Shown: positions 22,655-34,227 of the stretch, piece after piece
How the letters are laid out: every line of letters begins with the position of its first letter
Numbering within the stretch: position 1 is the first letter of the stretch
Origin: an uncultured Chroococcidiopsis sp.
GTDB taxonomy: Bacteria > Cyanobacteriota > Cyanobacteriia > Cyanobacteriales > Chroococcidiopsidaceae
Reading direction: 5' to 3'
NCBI GenBank assembly: GCA_964248365.1
Contig: CAXTYC010000006.1
Coordinates: 32,001-96,000, forward strand
Length of the DNA: 64,000 bases
Made by a program: the position numbers and the translations under genes
The notes under the pieces: model-generated
What the model saw: the letters and a program-made list of their open reading frames with translations, nothing else
Database searches by the model: none
What the model was told of the DNA's origin: nothing

Positions 22655-23953
22655 ATGACCATCAAACCTCAAAACCTTGAGGAACGACTAATTTGGTACA
22701 CCATAGTCTGGACTTATGGTTTGTATTTCCTGGGAGCCCAGTTTATCTGGGTTCCTTTACTTGCCTATTTCCTAGGGCTACGCCTTTGTAAAAAACTCTG
22801 GGATCAAACTGAAGATACACCAACAAAAGAAAAGATTTATATTCCTGTTTCTGTGTGGCTATGGATTATTGCTGTATTAGTCGTGGAAATAGCTCTAATA
22901 ATGGCTCACATAGATTTTGATTTAGGTTGGTCAAAAATGATTTTTACCACGGTCAACAGCTGGGGTAGAAGCTGGGCTTTAATGGCACTATTTCCTTTAA
23001 TTGGTTGCCTAAATATTCGACCACAATTAATTTACCGAGCAGCCTGTATCCTTTGCTTGCAAAGCTTAGTTTTAACTATATTTTGTTATTTAATCAATTT
23101 GGCGAACTTATCCCTTCCAGCATATATTTCTCCATTGGTTATGTTTAAAGGTCCAAGCAGTAACTACATGGTAGATTTGTTTGTGCTTGGTGGAGATGCT
23201 GGGGAAGATAGACAGTTTCGTCTGCAATTATTTACTAATTTCGCTAATAACTTGGGAATTGTAGGCAATATTTATTTTTTTATTACTAGCCAAGAAGCAA
23301 ATAAAAGGTGGCGGTTGATTGGTATGATTGGAGCCGCTGCTATGGTTATAGGTTCAGGCTCAAGGTCAACTATATTTAGTCTAGCACTTGTACCAATCCT
23401 AACTTGGCTATTGACAAGTTTTACCCCGTCTCTACAGATTGCGGCAGGTGTAACAAGTCTGATTACAGGTATGATTGCCCCTCAGATAATTGATTTTTTA
23501 GACAATACATGGAACAAAGCTATTAAGGGTTATAGAAGCAGTTCTGCCGTAGTTAGAAAACGATTAGAAGAAGTTGCACTCAACCGTTGGACAGAAGCGC
23601 CGATTTGGGGACATGGGTTTGTAGCAGAAAGAGGACCAAAATATACAGAACATATGCCAATTGGCAGTCACAATCAATGGCCTGACCTTCTTTATATCAG
23701 GGGATTTGTAGGTTTCAGTGCTATTCTAGTGGTTATGTTGTGTACGACGGCAGATCTAATTATTAAAGCTCAGAAAAGCGCGATCGCCAAGGCAGCATTA
23801 AGTATCTACCTAGTTTTGTGGATATCTACTACAGCTGTAGATATAGAAGCATCTGCCTATTTATATTGGCCTGGTTTGATCATAACGGGTATTGCTTTCA
23901 ACCAAAAAACATCTACCGTCCTAAGTCCAATTAAAACTTACACCACTACATAA
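22655..23953 (+). CDS. O-antigen ligase / Wzy-type polymerase
   Basis: About 10-11 TM segments; motifs SGSRS, PIWGHG and IGSHN...LLYIRGFVG. Confidence 0.8.
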   Translation: MTIKPQNLEERLIWYTIVWTYGLYFLGAQFIWVPLLAYFLGLRLCKKLWDQTEDTPTKEKIYIPVSVWLWIIAVLVVEIALIMAHIDFDLGWSKMIFTTVNSWGRSWALMALFPLIGCLNIRPQLIYRAACILCLQSLVLTIFCYLINLANLSLPAYISPLVMFKGPSSNYMVDLFVLGGDAGEDRQFRLQLFTNFANNLGIVGNIYFFITSQEANKRWRLIGMIGAAAMVIGSGSRSTIFSLALVPILTWLLTSFTPSLQIAAGVTSLITGMIAPQIIDFLDNTWNKAIKGYRSSSAVVRKRLEEVALNRWTEAPIWGHGFVAERGPKYTEHMPIGSHNQWPDLLYIRGFVGFSAILVVMLCTTADLIIKAQKSAIAKAALSIYLVLWISTTAVDIEASAYLYWPGLIITGIAFNQKTSTVLSPIKTYTTT

Positions 23954-23972
23954 TCCCATATTTCTGGGTTAT

Positions 23973-25100
23973 ATGCATATTATCGCTTTAGAAAATCATC
24001 CGTCTTCTTTACGGGGTGGTCAAGAATTATTCTTATTAGAAACTTGTCGTGGTTTAGCTCGACGTGGACATAGTATCAGCCTACTATATATAAACGAAGG
24101 CAATCTGCTTGAGGAATATCAAAAGTTTTCTACCCATATATTCAAGGTTGATAGTTTCTGTATAGACCGTAGTAATATTTCGCGTATATTCAATTTCTTC
24201 GCTGATATTTGGAATACTCCCACCAGCCCTTCTAGCGTAGTCTTGAGTAATCAATATCATGACACCTTATTTGGTTCTTTATTAGCCTTATTTAAAAATA
24301 TTTCCCATATTTGTTTTCTTCAACTACCTCCACTTGAACATGGCTTTCCCCGTCCGCTTGCAATTGGACTCAAAGGCGTAAAACATTTCATTGCTGTCTC
24401 AAATCAGACTAAATTAGATTGGATTAAAAATGGATTTGAGCCAAAAAAAATTGATGTTGTACACAACGGAACTAACTCTGATATCTTCAAACCCCCGCTT
24501 AGTTTTTCTCTAAATAGGGAAAAATGGAATATTCCTGAAAACACCAAAATTATTTCCTATGTAGGGAGACTAGATAGAGAAAAAGGACTGGAAACGCTAA
24601 TTAAAGCCTTTGCTTTATTCAAAAAAAGCTGTCAAGACAGCAAGCTGTTAGTTGCAGGAAAGCCTTTAACCCAAGGTGAAGAATATAAAAAATCTTTAGA
24701 ACAGCTAGTGATTGATTTAGGAATAGAACAAGATGTAAACTTCTTGGGTCATGTGGCTAATACTACCTCTGTCTATCAAGTTAGTGATGTCGCCGTCTTG
24801 CCCAGTTTATGGTCTGAACCTTTTGGTAGAAGCAATATTGAATCAATGGCTTGTGGAATACCTGTAGTAGCTAGCCGCATAGGAGGCATTACGGAAATTT
24901 TGACAGGAGAATTCCAAAATGGGCTGTTTGAGCCTGGAAATGAATACGATCTAGCAAACACTTTAGATAGAATTGTGTATTGGAGAGATAAAGACCCAAC
25001 CCTGGGTAAGCGATGCCGAGATCATATTTTGTCTAAATTCACTTTAGACACAATGGTTGATGGAATTGAAAAAGTATTACTAAGGGTAGTTAAAACATGA
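23973..25100 (+). CDS. Glycosyltransferase family 4
   Basis: Motifs GGQE, VGRLDREKG and EPFGRSNIESMACGIPVVAS. Confidence 0.92.
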   Translation: MHIIALENHPSSLRGGQELFLLETCRGLARRGHSISLLYINEGNLLEEYQKFSTHIFKVDSFCIDRSNISRIFNFFADIWNTPTSPSSVVLSNQYHDTLFGSLLALFKNISHICFLQLPPLEHGFPRPLAIGLKGVKHFIAVSNQTKLDWIKNGFEPKKIDVVHNGTNSDIFKPPLSFSLNREKWNIPENTKIISYVGRLDREKGLETLIKAFALFKKSCQDSKLLVAGKPLTQGEEYKKSLEQLVIDLGIEQDVNFLGHVANTTSVYQVSDVAVLPSLWSEPFGRSNIESMACGIPVVASRIGGITEILTGEFQNGLFEPGNEYDLANTLDRIVYWRDKDPTLGKRCRDHILSKFTLDTMVDGIEKVLLRVVKT

Positions 25101-25304
25101 ATAAAATTTTGTAATCATACACTTAATGTTAATGCAACTGTATTTGAGCGCAAATTCGATATTTTCAACAATCTAATTAAGCAAACAAAGATTAATATTA
25201 AAATATCTATTCCTAGAAATAGTTAGCTCAAATTATGCATAGGAAAGATAAAAACTTAAAAAGAGACAAGTGATACTAATATCATGTTGTGTCCAAGTTC
25301 CCAT

Positions 25305-25433
25305 AACTTCAGATCTTGCATCTGCGTTTGTTGCCTGGAGGCTCTTGCTTGCTAACCCTCAAAGGCAAGGCGAAAGCGTATTCACCAAAAAATAGAGAAG
25401 AGCCTCATTAAATACTGGTGCAAGATCTGAGTT
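25305..25433. mobile_element. MITE-like element with 12-bp perfect terminal inverted repeat
   Basis: TCAGATCTTGCA (25309-25320) and TGCAAGATCTGA (25419-25430); a solo related end TGCAAGATTTGAGTT lies near 57702. Confidence 0.5.
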
Positions 25434-25608
25434 GAGGCACAATGGTTAATGAAATTGAGATCTTATTAACAGTGATAGAAAAATGAAATCTTACTTTAGT
25501 AAGTTATCCCAAAAAACAGAGCCTAGCGTTATACTGAAGAACTATAATAATCAGCATAATTATGCAGCAAGTACCTCATCTGAAGTTTGTAGGACTGCAA
25601 AGGAGCAA

Positions 25609-26583
25609 ATGCCAACTATTTCTGTTGTTATTCCTGCCTACAACGCTGATCGAACCATTCTAGAAACCATTAAATCAGTTCAGCAGCAAACATTCTCTGA
25701 TTTTGAAATAATTGTTATTGATGATGGTTCGGAGGATCAAACTTTAAAGGTACTTAGTCAAGTTGAAGATCCTCGCCTCAAAATTTATTCCTATAACAAC
25801 AGTGGTCCATCAGTAGCTCGCAATCTTGGTATATCTCATTCTACTGGTGAGTATATTACATTCATCGATGCTGATGATTTATGGACACCAGATAAATTAG
25901 AAGCTCAACTTGCCGCTTTACAAAATCATCCAGAGGCGGGAGTTGCATATAGCTGGACTAATTTTATTGGTGAAACAGGAGAATTTTTACGCGCAGGAGA
26001 ACCCGTATGGTTTGAAGGTAACGTATATACTCATTTACTAAATGGCAACTTCATGAATAGCGGCTCAAATCCTCTGATTCGTAGGAAAGCAATTAAATCT
26101 GTAGGAGAATTTGATCCGACACTTCGCTATTGTGAAGATTGGGAGTTTTGGCTGCGGCTAGCAGCTCGTTGGGCGTTTGTTGTAGTACCTAAACCACAAA
26201 TTTTGTATCGTTTATCTTTAGGAACCTCGTCATCTAAAATTCAAGCAATGGAAGAAGGTCATTTGATTGTGATTGAAAAAGCATTCCAATCAATTCCAAT
26301 CGAATTACAACCCCAAAAAAATCAAATTTTAGCTAATACTTACCAATTCATAGCACATCTGTGTTTGACTCGCATCCCTGACGGTGCAGGAGCAAAGCAA
26401 GCTAGCCAAAAGTTGAAAACAGCGATTTGGCTACATCCAAAAATTTTGTTAGACAAGAGAGTTCACATTTTAGTTGTAAAACTACTAATAATTAGATTGC
26501 TCTCTCCCAAACTTGCTAGTAGACTATTCGAGTATCTTACTAAACTTCGAGCTACTCGCCTTCAAAACAGCATTACTTATTAG
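25609..26583 (+). CDS. Glycosyltransferase family 2
   Basis: Motifs SVVIPAYN, DDGSED, ARNLG, FIDADD and EDWEFWLR; AAGGAG RBS before ATG 25609. Confidence 0.92.
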   Translation: MPTISVVIPAYNADRTILETIKSVQQQTFSDFEIIVIDDGSEDQTLKVLSQVEDPRLKIYSYNNSGPSVARNLGISHSTGEYITFIDADDLWTPDKLEAQLAALQNHPEAGVAYSWTNFIGETGEFLRAGEPVWFEGNVYTHLLNGNFMNSGSNPLIRRKAIKSVGEFDPTLRYCEDWEFWLRLAARWAFVVVPKPQILYRLSLGTSSSKIQAMEEGHLIVIEKAFQSIPIELQPQKNQILANTYQFIAHLCLTRIPDGAGAKQASQKLKTAIWLHPKILLDKRVHILVVKLLIIRLLSPKLASRLFEYLTKLRATRLQNSITY

Positions 26584-27046
26584 TTTAATCTGCCCGATTT
26601 ATGGTAAGCTCTAGTCTTTGATGATTGTGTTAAGACCAGGAGCCAAATGACATAAATATTAATCTAACTAATTGATATTTAGGTATAAAAAATTATTTTC
26701 TATTTGTAAAAAAGTATAAACTGTAACATAAGCTGATACTATACAAGGTAAAATAGTATCTTTGAAAACCAGACTAAGTAGGGTGGGCATTGCCCATCAT
26801 TATCAGAAGGAGTGGGCATGGGTGGCAGACTATAAATTTCATAAATCACATAGGACTGCAATATTAGCCGAAGCAGCATTACCAAAATAATGTGACAATT
26901 TTTTAGATTTCAAACATCTGTGCTTAAATATAGCGACGTACAGACATTTATTAGATAATCAAAAAAATAAATAATAATTATTGTGAGAAAAATTTTAGCA
27001 GCGGAGAATGTAATATTGATGACAGCCAAAAATTTATAGAATTCAA

Positions 27047-28315
27047 ATGCCAACCCTATCAAACCTTATTTTTAAGCTAAACAATAAGCTTTCTAGCCAG
27101 TTCCTTCGTAATCTAGGCTGGTTGGGTATGGCAGAGATAGTTTCTAGAATATTTCGTTTAGGATTAACAACAGTTATTCTGCCTCGGCTTTTAACAAAAT
27201 ATGATTATGGACTAGCAGCAATTGTGCTGACAGTACATGAATTTACACGAATTTTTCTTGAGGTAGGCGTTAGTACAAAAATTATTCAATCTAAGGAAGA
27301 GGACTTAGATGATTTATGTAACTCTGGGTACTGGTTAAATTGGATTGTTTTTAGCAGTTTATTTATTGCTCAATGTATTGTTGCTTTTCCCGTTTCTTGG
27401 TTTTACCACGATAGCCGCCTTGTTCTTCCAATTTGTGTAGTAGCAATGTCTTACTTGACTTTGCCTATTGGTACTATACAATATGCTCTGATTGTTAGAG
27501 AAAATAAATTAAAAGTTTGTGCTATTGTTAACACATTTAAATATATAAGTGCTTATATATTATCTGCAATATTTGCTGTTTTAAAAATGGGAGTATGGGC
27601 ATTCGTACTACCTTGGGTTTTTGTTACTCCTATCGAAATGCTCATATACAAGCGTAGTCATCCCTGGCATCCCCCTACAACATTGACGACGAAATACTGG
27701 AAGAATATTTTAAATTTTGGCAAAAGTATACTTGGTGTACAGCTACTAAAAACTCTAAGAAATAACTTAGATTATTTGATAGTTGGTCGTTTTTTGGGAA
27801 TAGAAGTATTAGGAATATACTTTTTTGGCTTCAATGCAGGATTAGGAGTTAGTCTGAGTATCATTAGTGCTATCAACACAGCTACATTGCCTCATTTATG
27901 TGCTTCACACACAAGCTTGCTTGAATTAAAGAAAAGCTTTTTTAGTGTAATTAAGACGATTAGTATTATTATTATTCCCTTGGTATTTCTTCAGGCTAGT
28001 TTAGCTCAGGTATATGTACCTTTATTACAAGGTAAAAAATGGATAGTCGCCATTCCAATATTAGTATTAATTTGTTTATCAGCTATTCCAAGACCTTTTG
28101 CTGACGCTGCATCTCAGTTATTGGTGACTGTCGGTAAGCCTAACTTAGACTTGCGTTGGAATATATTATTTACTGCTATGTTTACTATTGCAGTATTTAT
28201 TGGTGTTCACTGGCAAGCTGTTGGTGTAGCTACATCTGTTTTACTAGTCCATCTAATTTTCCTACCTTTGTTTACATTGTGGGCTACTCGCTATGTTTTT
28301 CGTATGAAAACCTAA
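27047..28315 (+). CDS. Wzx-type oligosaccharide flippase
   Basis: About 11-12 TM segments; motifs RLL...DYGL and NLDYLIVGRFLG...LGIY. Confidence 0.88.
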   Translation: MPTLSNLIFKLNNKLSSQFLRNLGWLGMAEIVSRIFRLGLTTVILPRLLTKYDYGLAAIVLTVHEFTRIFLEVGVSTKIIQSKEEDLDDLCNSGYWLNWIVFSSLFIAQCIVAFPVSWFYHDSRLVLPICVVAMSYLTLPIGTIQYALIVRENKLKVCAIVNTFKYISAYILSAIFAVLKMGVWAFVLPWVFVTPIEMLIYKRSHPWHPPTTLTTKYWKNILNFGKSILGVQLLKTLRNNLDYLIVGRFLGIEVLGIYFFGFNAGLGVSLSIISAINTATLPHLCASHTSLLELKKSFFSVIKTISIIIIPLVFLQASLAQVYVPLLQGKKWIVAIPILVLICLSAIPRPFADAASQLLVTVGKPNLDLRWNILFTAMFTIAVFIGVHWQAVGVATSVLLVHLIFLPLFTLWATRYVFRMKT

Positions 28316-28337
28316 CTAACCTAAACTATTTCAAATT

Positions 28338-29372
28338 ATGAGAGTTTCTGTAATTATCCCAGTTTACAAAGTTGAAAAATATATTGCTGCTACTGTAAAA
28401 TCAGTGCTTGAACAGACATATAAAAACTTTGAACTTCTAATTATTGATGATGGTTCTCCAGACAAAAGTGTAGAAATTTGTCAGCAATTTACAGATTATA
28501 GAATCCGAATTATTCGTCAGGAAAACCGAGGAGTAGCCGCTGCTCGTAACACAGGTATCCGCCACGCTCAAGGCGAGTATATTGCTCTTTTAGATGCCGA
28601 TGATTTGTGGTTGCCAAATAAGTTAGAAAAACATATTGAGCATCTAGAAAATAACCCTCATATTGGAGTTAGTTTTAGCCGTTCTGCTTTTATTGATGAT
28701 ACGGATAAGCCATTAGGTATCTATCAGATGTCCAAGCTCAAAGACATCACGCCGCTTGATATACTTTGTCGCACTCCTATTGGTAACGGTTCGGTTTCAG
28801 TATTCAGAAAAGAGGTTTTTGAAGCGATCGCATTTGAAGATAACCTCTATGGTACTACCCAAAAATTTTATTTTGACGATGATAGGGAACTTCACCCATC
28901 TGAAGACGTTGAATGCTGGCTACGCATCGCCTTGCAAACTGATTGGCGAATTGAGGGAATTGCTCACGCCTTGACGCTATACCGAGTAAATCCAGGTGGA
29001 TATTCAGCGCAGCTATTCAAAAAATTGAGTTCTTGGGAAAAGATGCTTGAGAAAGCACGTTCCTATACTCCACCAGAACTAATGAATAAGTGGGAAAAAC
29101 CTGCTATGGCTTACCAATTGAGGTACTTAGCCCGAAGAGCAGTAACATTAGAAACAGGGTCAACTGCGGTAGAATTAGCTCATCGCTCTTTGTCTACTTA
29201 CTGGCAAATCTTGTTTGAGGAGCCACGCCGCACACTGCTAACCATTACTGCTGCTTATTTGCTTTGCTTGTTACCAAGATCTCTTTACAACTCGATTCAA
29301 TCGGTTGCTTTAAATATAACAGGAGCAAACCAAAAACGTCGGATTGATGATAATTCTAAACAGCTAGTATAA
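28338..29372 (+). CDS. Glycosyltransferase family 2 (paralog A)
   Basis: Motifs SVIIPVY, DDGSPD, LLDADD, PIGNGS and SEDVECWLR. Confidence 0.92.
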   Translation: MRVSVIIPVYKVEKYIAATVKSVLEQTYKNFELLIIDDGSPDKSVEICQQFTDYRIRIIRQENRGVAAARNTGIRHAQGEYIALLDADDLWLPNKLEKHIEHLENNPHIGVSFSRSAFIDDTDKPLGIYQMSKLKDITPLDILCRTPIGNGSVSVFRKEVFEAIAFEDNLYGTTQKFYFDDDRELHPSEDVECWLRIALQTDWRIEGIAHALTLYRVNPGGYSAQLFKKLSSWEKMLEKARSYTPPELMNKWEKPAMAYQLRYLARRAVTLETGSTAVELAHRSLSTYWQILFEEPRRTLLTITAAYLLCLLPRSLYNSIQSVALNITGANQKRRIDDNSKQLV

Positions 29373-29428
29373 GCAGCAGTAAATCATAAAACAAAGATTC
29401 TATTTTTGATATCAGGTAAAAGCTCAAG

Positions 29429-30460
29429 ATGAAAAAAGTTTCTGTAATTATACCAGTTTATCGAGTAGAAAAATATATAAATGCTGCAATAAAATCAGTT
29501 CTTGAGCAAACCTACAAAAACTTTGAAATTCTAATTGTTGACGACGAATCTCCCGACCAAAGTGTAGAAATTTGTAAACAATTTAAAGATTATAGAATTA
29601 AAATTATTCATCAAAACAATCGAGGATTAGCGGGAGCTAGAAATACAGGTATTCGCCATGCTCAAGGAGAATACCTAGCTTTTTTAGATGGGGACGATAT
29701 GTGGCTACCCGATAAGTTAGAAAAACATATCGAGCATTTAGAAAGCTCTCCCCATGTAGGAGTTAGCTTTAGCCGTTCTGCTTTGATTGATGAAACAGGG
29801 AACTTATTAGGTACATACCTAATGCCTAAACTTCAGGATATCACTCCACCTTGTTTGTTGTGTGATAATCCGGTTGGTAATGGCTCGTCTGCTGTAATTC
29901 GGAAAGAAGTTTTTGAAGCTATTAAATTTCAAGATAATCTTTATGGTAGTGTAGAAGATTTTTATTTTGACGAACACTTTCGACAGGCGGAAGACGTTGA
30001 ATGTTGGCTACGCATTGTTATTCAAACCCATTGGCAGATTGAGGGAATTCCCCACGCTTTAACATTGTACCGCGTGAATTCAGGCGGACTATCAGCCAGC
30101 TTGCTTAAACAGTTAGAAGCCTTACAAAAAGTAATAGAAAAAACTCGTTCCTACGCGCCAGAATTAATTGAGCGCTGGGAAAATCCAGCTAAGGCTTATC
30201 AGCTAAGATATCTAGCTCGCAGTGCGGTGCGCTTACAATCCGGTTCAATGGCTGTGAAACTCATCAACCAAGCTTTAGCAACTCACTGGCGTATTGCTTT
30301 TGAGCAACCGAGACGCACATTGATGACTTTGGCTGCTGCGTATATGCTTTGGCTTTTACCCCAACCTTTTTACTGTCAAATTGAGGGAATTGCTGCAAAA
30401 ATGACAGGCTCTACCCAGAAAAGGCGCATTACTCAAGACTCTTCTAGGTTGTCTGCATAA
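29429..30460 (+). CDS. Glycosyltransferase family 2 (paralog B)
   Basis: Motifs SVIIPVY, DDESPD, FLDGDD, PVGNGS and AEDVECWLR; visibly similar to the upstream gene over its full length. Confidence 0.92.
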   Translation: MKKVSVIIPVYRVEKYINAAIKSVLEQTYKNFEILIVDDESPDQSVEICKQFKDYRIKIIHQNNRGLAGARNTGIRHAQGEYLAFLDGDDMWLPDKLEKHIEHLESSPHVGVSFSRSALIDETGNLLGTYLMPKLQDITPPCLLCDNPVGNGSSAVIRKEVFEAIKFQDNLYGSVEDFYFDEHFRQAEDVECWLRIVIQTHWQIEGIPHALTLYRVNSGGLSASLLKQLEALQKVIEKTRSYAPELIERWENPAKAYQLRYLARSAVRLQSGSMAVKLINQALATHWRIAFEQPRRTLMTLAAAYMLWLLPQPFYCQIEGIAAKMTGSTQKRRITQDSSRLSA

Positions 30461-30617
30461 CTAACCAACTTCTCAATATAGCAATCATAGACGATTTATA
30501 AAATTATCTCTCTAATTCTTAACTCTGTGTCCTCTGCGTCTCTGTGGTTAGTTAAAACTCTCTTTCACAAATCAAATAGGCTCGCTATTTTTCTATAACA
30601 CAAATTGTAAAAATGTT

Positions 30618-32135
30618 ATGACATATTTAAAATACTATTCTGGGGTTGCCTTAATTATCCTGCTTGGCGCTATACTCCGTTTTTTTATGTTGGAGGACAA
30701 AAGTCTTTGGCTAGATGAAGGCTATAGTTTATATTATTCAGAGGGTTCAATTCAAGAAATCATTTCCAGGCTTTTAGGAACGGATACAGGCGATCGCTTT
30801 CAACCGCTTTACTATTTACTTCTATATTATTGGCGACACTTGTTTGGTAATACTGAATTTGCTGTGCGATCGCTTTCTGCATTTTTAGGCGTTGGTGCAA
30901 TAATTATTTTATATTTTACAGGCAAACAACTCTATGGAAAAAGACACGCTATCTGGATGGCGCTTTTTCTATCACTTAGCTCCTATGGTATCTATTACAG
31001 CCAGCAAACAAGAGCTTATGCAATGTTGCTATTTTTAGCTGCGCTGCAAATGTATTTTTTTAGCACAGCGTTAAATCCAAGACAAACAAAAGGTGAGCTT
31101 ATTTCACGATGGCTGTTTTGGATTGTTACTGCTCTTAGCCTTTTTTGCAGCGTATTTATAGGTGTATTTACTTTATCTCTCTGCTTGTCTCATATTCTTA
31201 TTTACAAAAATCCAAAACGTTGGTTATATTGGTGGCTTCCTGCTGCACTCTTTTCCATCCCTGCAATCTTATTCTATCTTGCTTCACCTGTGGCAACTGA
31301 ACCTACAAAAGTTAACGTTACTTTATCAAGGCAACCTGTAATTCAAAACTTAGTTTTTGTTCTTTACGGACTTTTAGTAGGGGAAACTTATGGACCACCT
31401 ATAGAACAACTTCGCACTGGTAACAAATTTCAAATTTTATTGACTTACTTGCCACAGTTATTAATTCTAACACTAGCTATTGGAATATTTCTATTCTTCT
31501 TCTTAAGAGGATGGCAGCTAAAAAATAATCAGTATCAAAAATTAGATAACTTTTTTGCCTTACTTTTTATCATATCATTGGTTGTGGCAACACTGTTCGC
31601 TATAGTAACAAAAATGAACTGGCTACCACGCCATTCTTTTTATATTTATATACCACTGTCCTTTCTCATACCCATAGTAGTTAGAAAAACACCTGGGGTG
31701 ACAAGCAAAACTCAAGCAACATTTAATTATGCTCAACTAGCTATTATAGCTATATTAATCATAAACATTTATTCGGCTGGCAATTATTACTTTAATAAAG
31801 ATTATCAAAGAGAAGACTATCGTGTAGTTGCTCAGTATCTCTTAGCCAATAGTTCATCAGTTAAATCTATCCTCTTGTACGGAGCGCCCAACTTATTGCG
31901 TTACTATGGGGATACACAAACTTTAAATGGTTTGAGTTTAGATACAAGCAACTTAGCCTCACAAGTAAGAAGTATAACTAATGATGCTAACAAAGTTTTG
32001 ATTGCAATCAGTTTTCAGGATTTCTGGGAATTTAAGAAAAACTTTTCCTTGGAAAAGTCGATGAGTAATTTGTATAACTTGCAATCTAAAGTTTCATTTA
32101 CGAATTTCAATATTTATCATTACATTAAAAAATAA
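30618..32135 (+). CDS. GT-C fold membrane glycosyltransferase (PMT_2 / GT39-like)
   Basis: SLWLDEGYS after the first TM; motifs PLYYLLL, RSLSA and YSQQTRAY; multiple TM segments. Confidence 0.8.
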   Translation: MTYLKYYSGVALIILLGAILRFFMLEDKSLWLDEGYSLYYSEGSIQEIISRLLGTDTGDRFQPLYYLLLYYWRHLFGNTEFAVRSLSAFLGVGAIIILYFTGKQLYGKRHAIWMALFLSLSSYGIYYSQQTRAYAMLLFLAALQMYFFSTALNPRQTKGELISRWLFWIVTALSLFCSVFIGVFTLSLCLSHILIYKNPKRWLYWWLPAALFSIPAILFYLASPVATEPTKVNVTLSRQPVIQNLVFVLYGLLVGETYGPPIEQLRTGNKFQILLTYLPQLLILTLAIGIFLFFFLRGWQLKNNQYQKLDNFFALLFIISLVVATLFAIVTKMNWLPRHSFYIYIPLSFLIPIVVRKTPGVTSKTQATFNYAQLAIIAILIINIYSAGNYYFNKDYQREDYRVVAQYLLANSSSVKSILLYGAPNLLRYYGDTQTLNGLSLDTSNLASQVRSITNDANKVLIAISFQDFWEFKKNFSLEKSMSNLYNLQSKVSFTNFNIYHYIKK

Positions 32136-32824
32136 AATTTATTCTGCTCTTTTCTTTTCTAGGCGGTCTTGGTAAAGATAATAGCCTCACCTGTCTATAA
32201 AGACACAATTCATTTGTAAACAGCTTTTAGGTAACTGGTAATTGGTAGTTGGTAATTACCAGTTACCTATTCCCCTTAGAAATATTTCCTCACTCAACTA
32301 GGATTACTATATTTACATTTCGCAAACTTAGCTAGTGTGACCAAAGCAGTAATTGCATTCTTATAAGTTTTTATTAATTTTTTACTCACAACTTAACATA
32401 TTAATAATGAATAAGAGCTACTATTAGCTCTTTATGGCTCTAATCTAATATAAATCAATAGCTATTTAATGATTTATTAATCTTTTATTTTAGTTATAGT
32501 GAAATTATAAGTAAAATTATAACTAATTAGTTATTAAAAGATTTAGTTATTTAAATTTTTAGTTAGAATCAAGCTTCATCCTTTAGACAGAAGCAAACCG
32601 TTATTATGTCTGCTTTTCAGGCTTTCAAACTAAACACTTTATCCCCTTTGTAAGAGCCAAATTATTACTGTAGACGTACAAATTTGAAATAAGTTTCTTG
32701 ACTTCTCTGCCTGTGAAATGTTTTTATTTTGGACGGTGCATCGATGAACAATCTTCTGTTGATTGAGTTAAAAAAAGCATCGATGAAAATTTTCTGTTAA
32801 TTCACACGCAAGGAATTCATCAAC

Positions 32825-33616
32825 ATGAAACAAAGCCTTTGGTTTCGTAAAGGTGCTGAAAAGGTTTTGCAAACTCTAAGTGCTATGGCTATATTGTTTA
32901 GCTCAACAGCAGTGCTTGCTGATCCTCCAGGGAATGGCTGGCAGCTGAAATTCAGCGATGATTTTAATGGCTCATCTCTTGATAATTCCAAGTGGAGTCC
33001 TTGCTTTTATTGGGGTTCGTCAGATGGATGTACTAACGGTGGTGCTGGCGACCTACAATGGTTTCAGCCAGATGAAGTATCAGTACAAAATGGGATATTG
33101 CGTTTAAGCGCCCACAAGCGTCAATCCCATGGTAAAGAATATACATCTGGGATGATTGATACCCATGATAAGTTTGCCTTTCAGTACGGCTATGCGGAGT
33201 TTCGCGCTAAAGTGCCAAAAGGCAATGGATATTGGCCAACACTCTGGCTGCTCTCACAAAACAAAAACTGGCCGCCTGAACTAGATGTTGCCGAATTTAT
33301 TGGAAGTAATACCAATAACGTGCATATGACCATACACTACGATGAAGGTGGACATAAAAGCTCATCTGGCTGGTGGGGTGGAACGGACTTTTCTGCCGAC
33401 TATCACACCTATGGAGTGGAATGGGCTCCTGACAAAATCGTTTGGTATGTAGATGGTGTTGAGCGTCGGACTTATACAGGTCCTGGCATTCCACAAACCC
33501 CAATGTATCTTACAGCCACTCTTGCGCTTGGTGCAGCTTGGTCAGTTCCTCCCGATGATTCTACTCCGTTCCCTGGCTACTTGGACATTGACTACATTAA
33601 AGTTTGGCAACGCTAA
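32825..33616 (+). CDS. Secreted glycoside hydrolase family 16
   Basis: Signal-peptide-like N-terminus; motifs FSDDFNG, YTSGMI, YGYAEFRAK, catalytic WPPELDVAE (ExDxxE) and IDYIKVWQ. Confidence 0.92.
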   Translation: MKQSLWFRKGAEKVLQTLSAMAILFSSTAVLADPPGNGWQLKFSDDFNGSSLDNSKWSPCFYWGSSDGCTNGGAGDLQWFQPDEVSVQNGILRLSAHKRQSHGKEYTSGMIDTHDKFAFQYGYAEFRAKVPKGNGYWPTLWLLSQNKNWPPELDVAEFIGSNTNNVHMTIHYDEGGHKSSSGWWGGTDFSADYHTYGVEWAPDKIVWYVDGVERRTYTGPGIPQTPMYLTATLALGAAWSVPPDDSTPFPGYLDIDYIKVWQR

Positions 33617-34227
33617 TTAAGGCTAATAGTCTCACCCTGCAACAAGAGACGCTCAAGCTTTGCTTTGTATCATCTAATCGCCTCAACTGGCATTTCAAGA
33701 AACTCTACTACTGATAAATAATTGATTTTTACCTCGGCAGTATTATTGCCTAATGTTATACTGCTTTGTCTGCAACCTGACAATTTGCCTTTGCTTACCC
33801 TACTATGTGCTGATAATATCAGAGCAAGCAAAGGTTAAGAACACTATTCGAGTAAGTCAAACTTTGCCCCACGACCAACAGCATAGGGTGACAAAAAATC
33901 AGAAAATGTCAGTAGTTAGGGCGCACAGTTTTTGAGGCAAAAAAAGACAAGGCAAGCTCATGGGCTACAAGTCTACTACCTAAAAGTAGTATCGTCTTTA
34001 TTCTGCCCTGACCCCTTTGGCAACAGCCAAAGAATCAACTTCAATATCTATTGCAATGGCATCAGCAATTAACACTCTTACTAGCTGCGATTGTGCTAAA
34101 ACCGATTAAACTTAAAAATCGGCACAATTGCAGCTATTTTACATGAGCTTGGGAAATCTCCATATTTCTCCCAAAATTAGCTATCTTAGGAGGAATTCAT
34201 GAGTGATTTGTGTTTTATTGAGCTACT

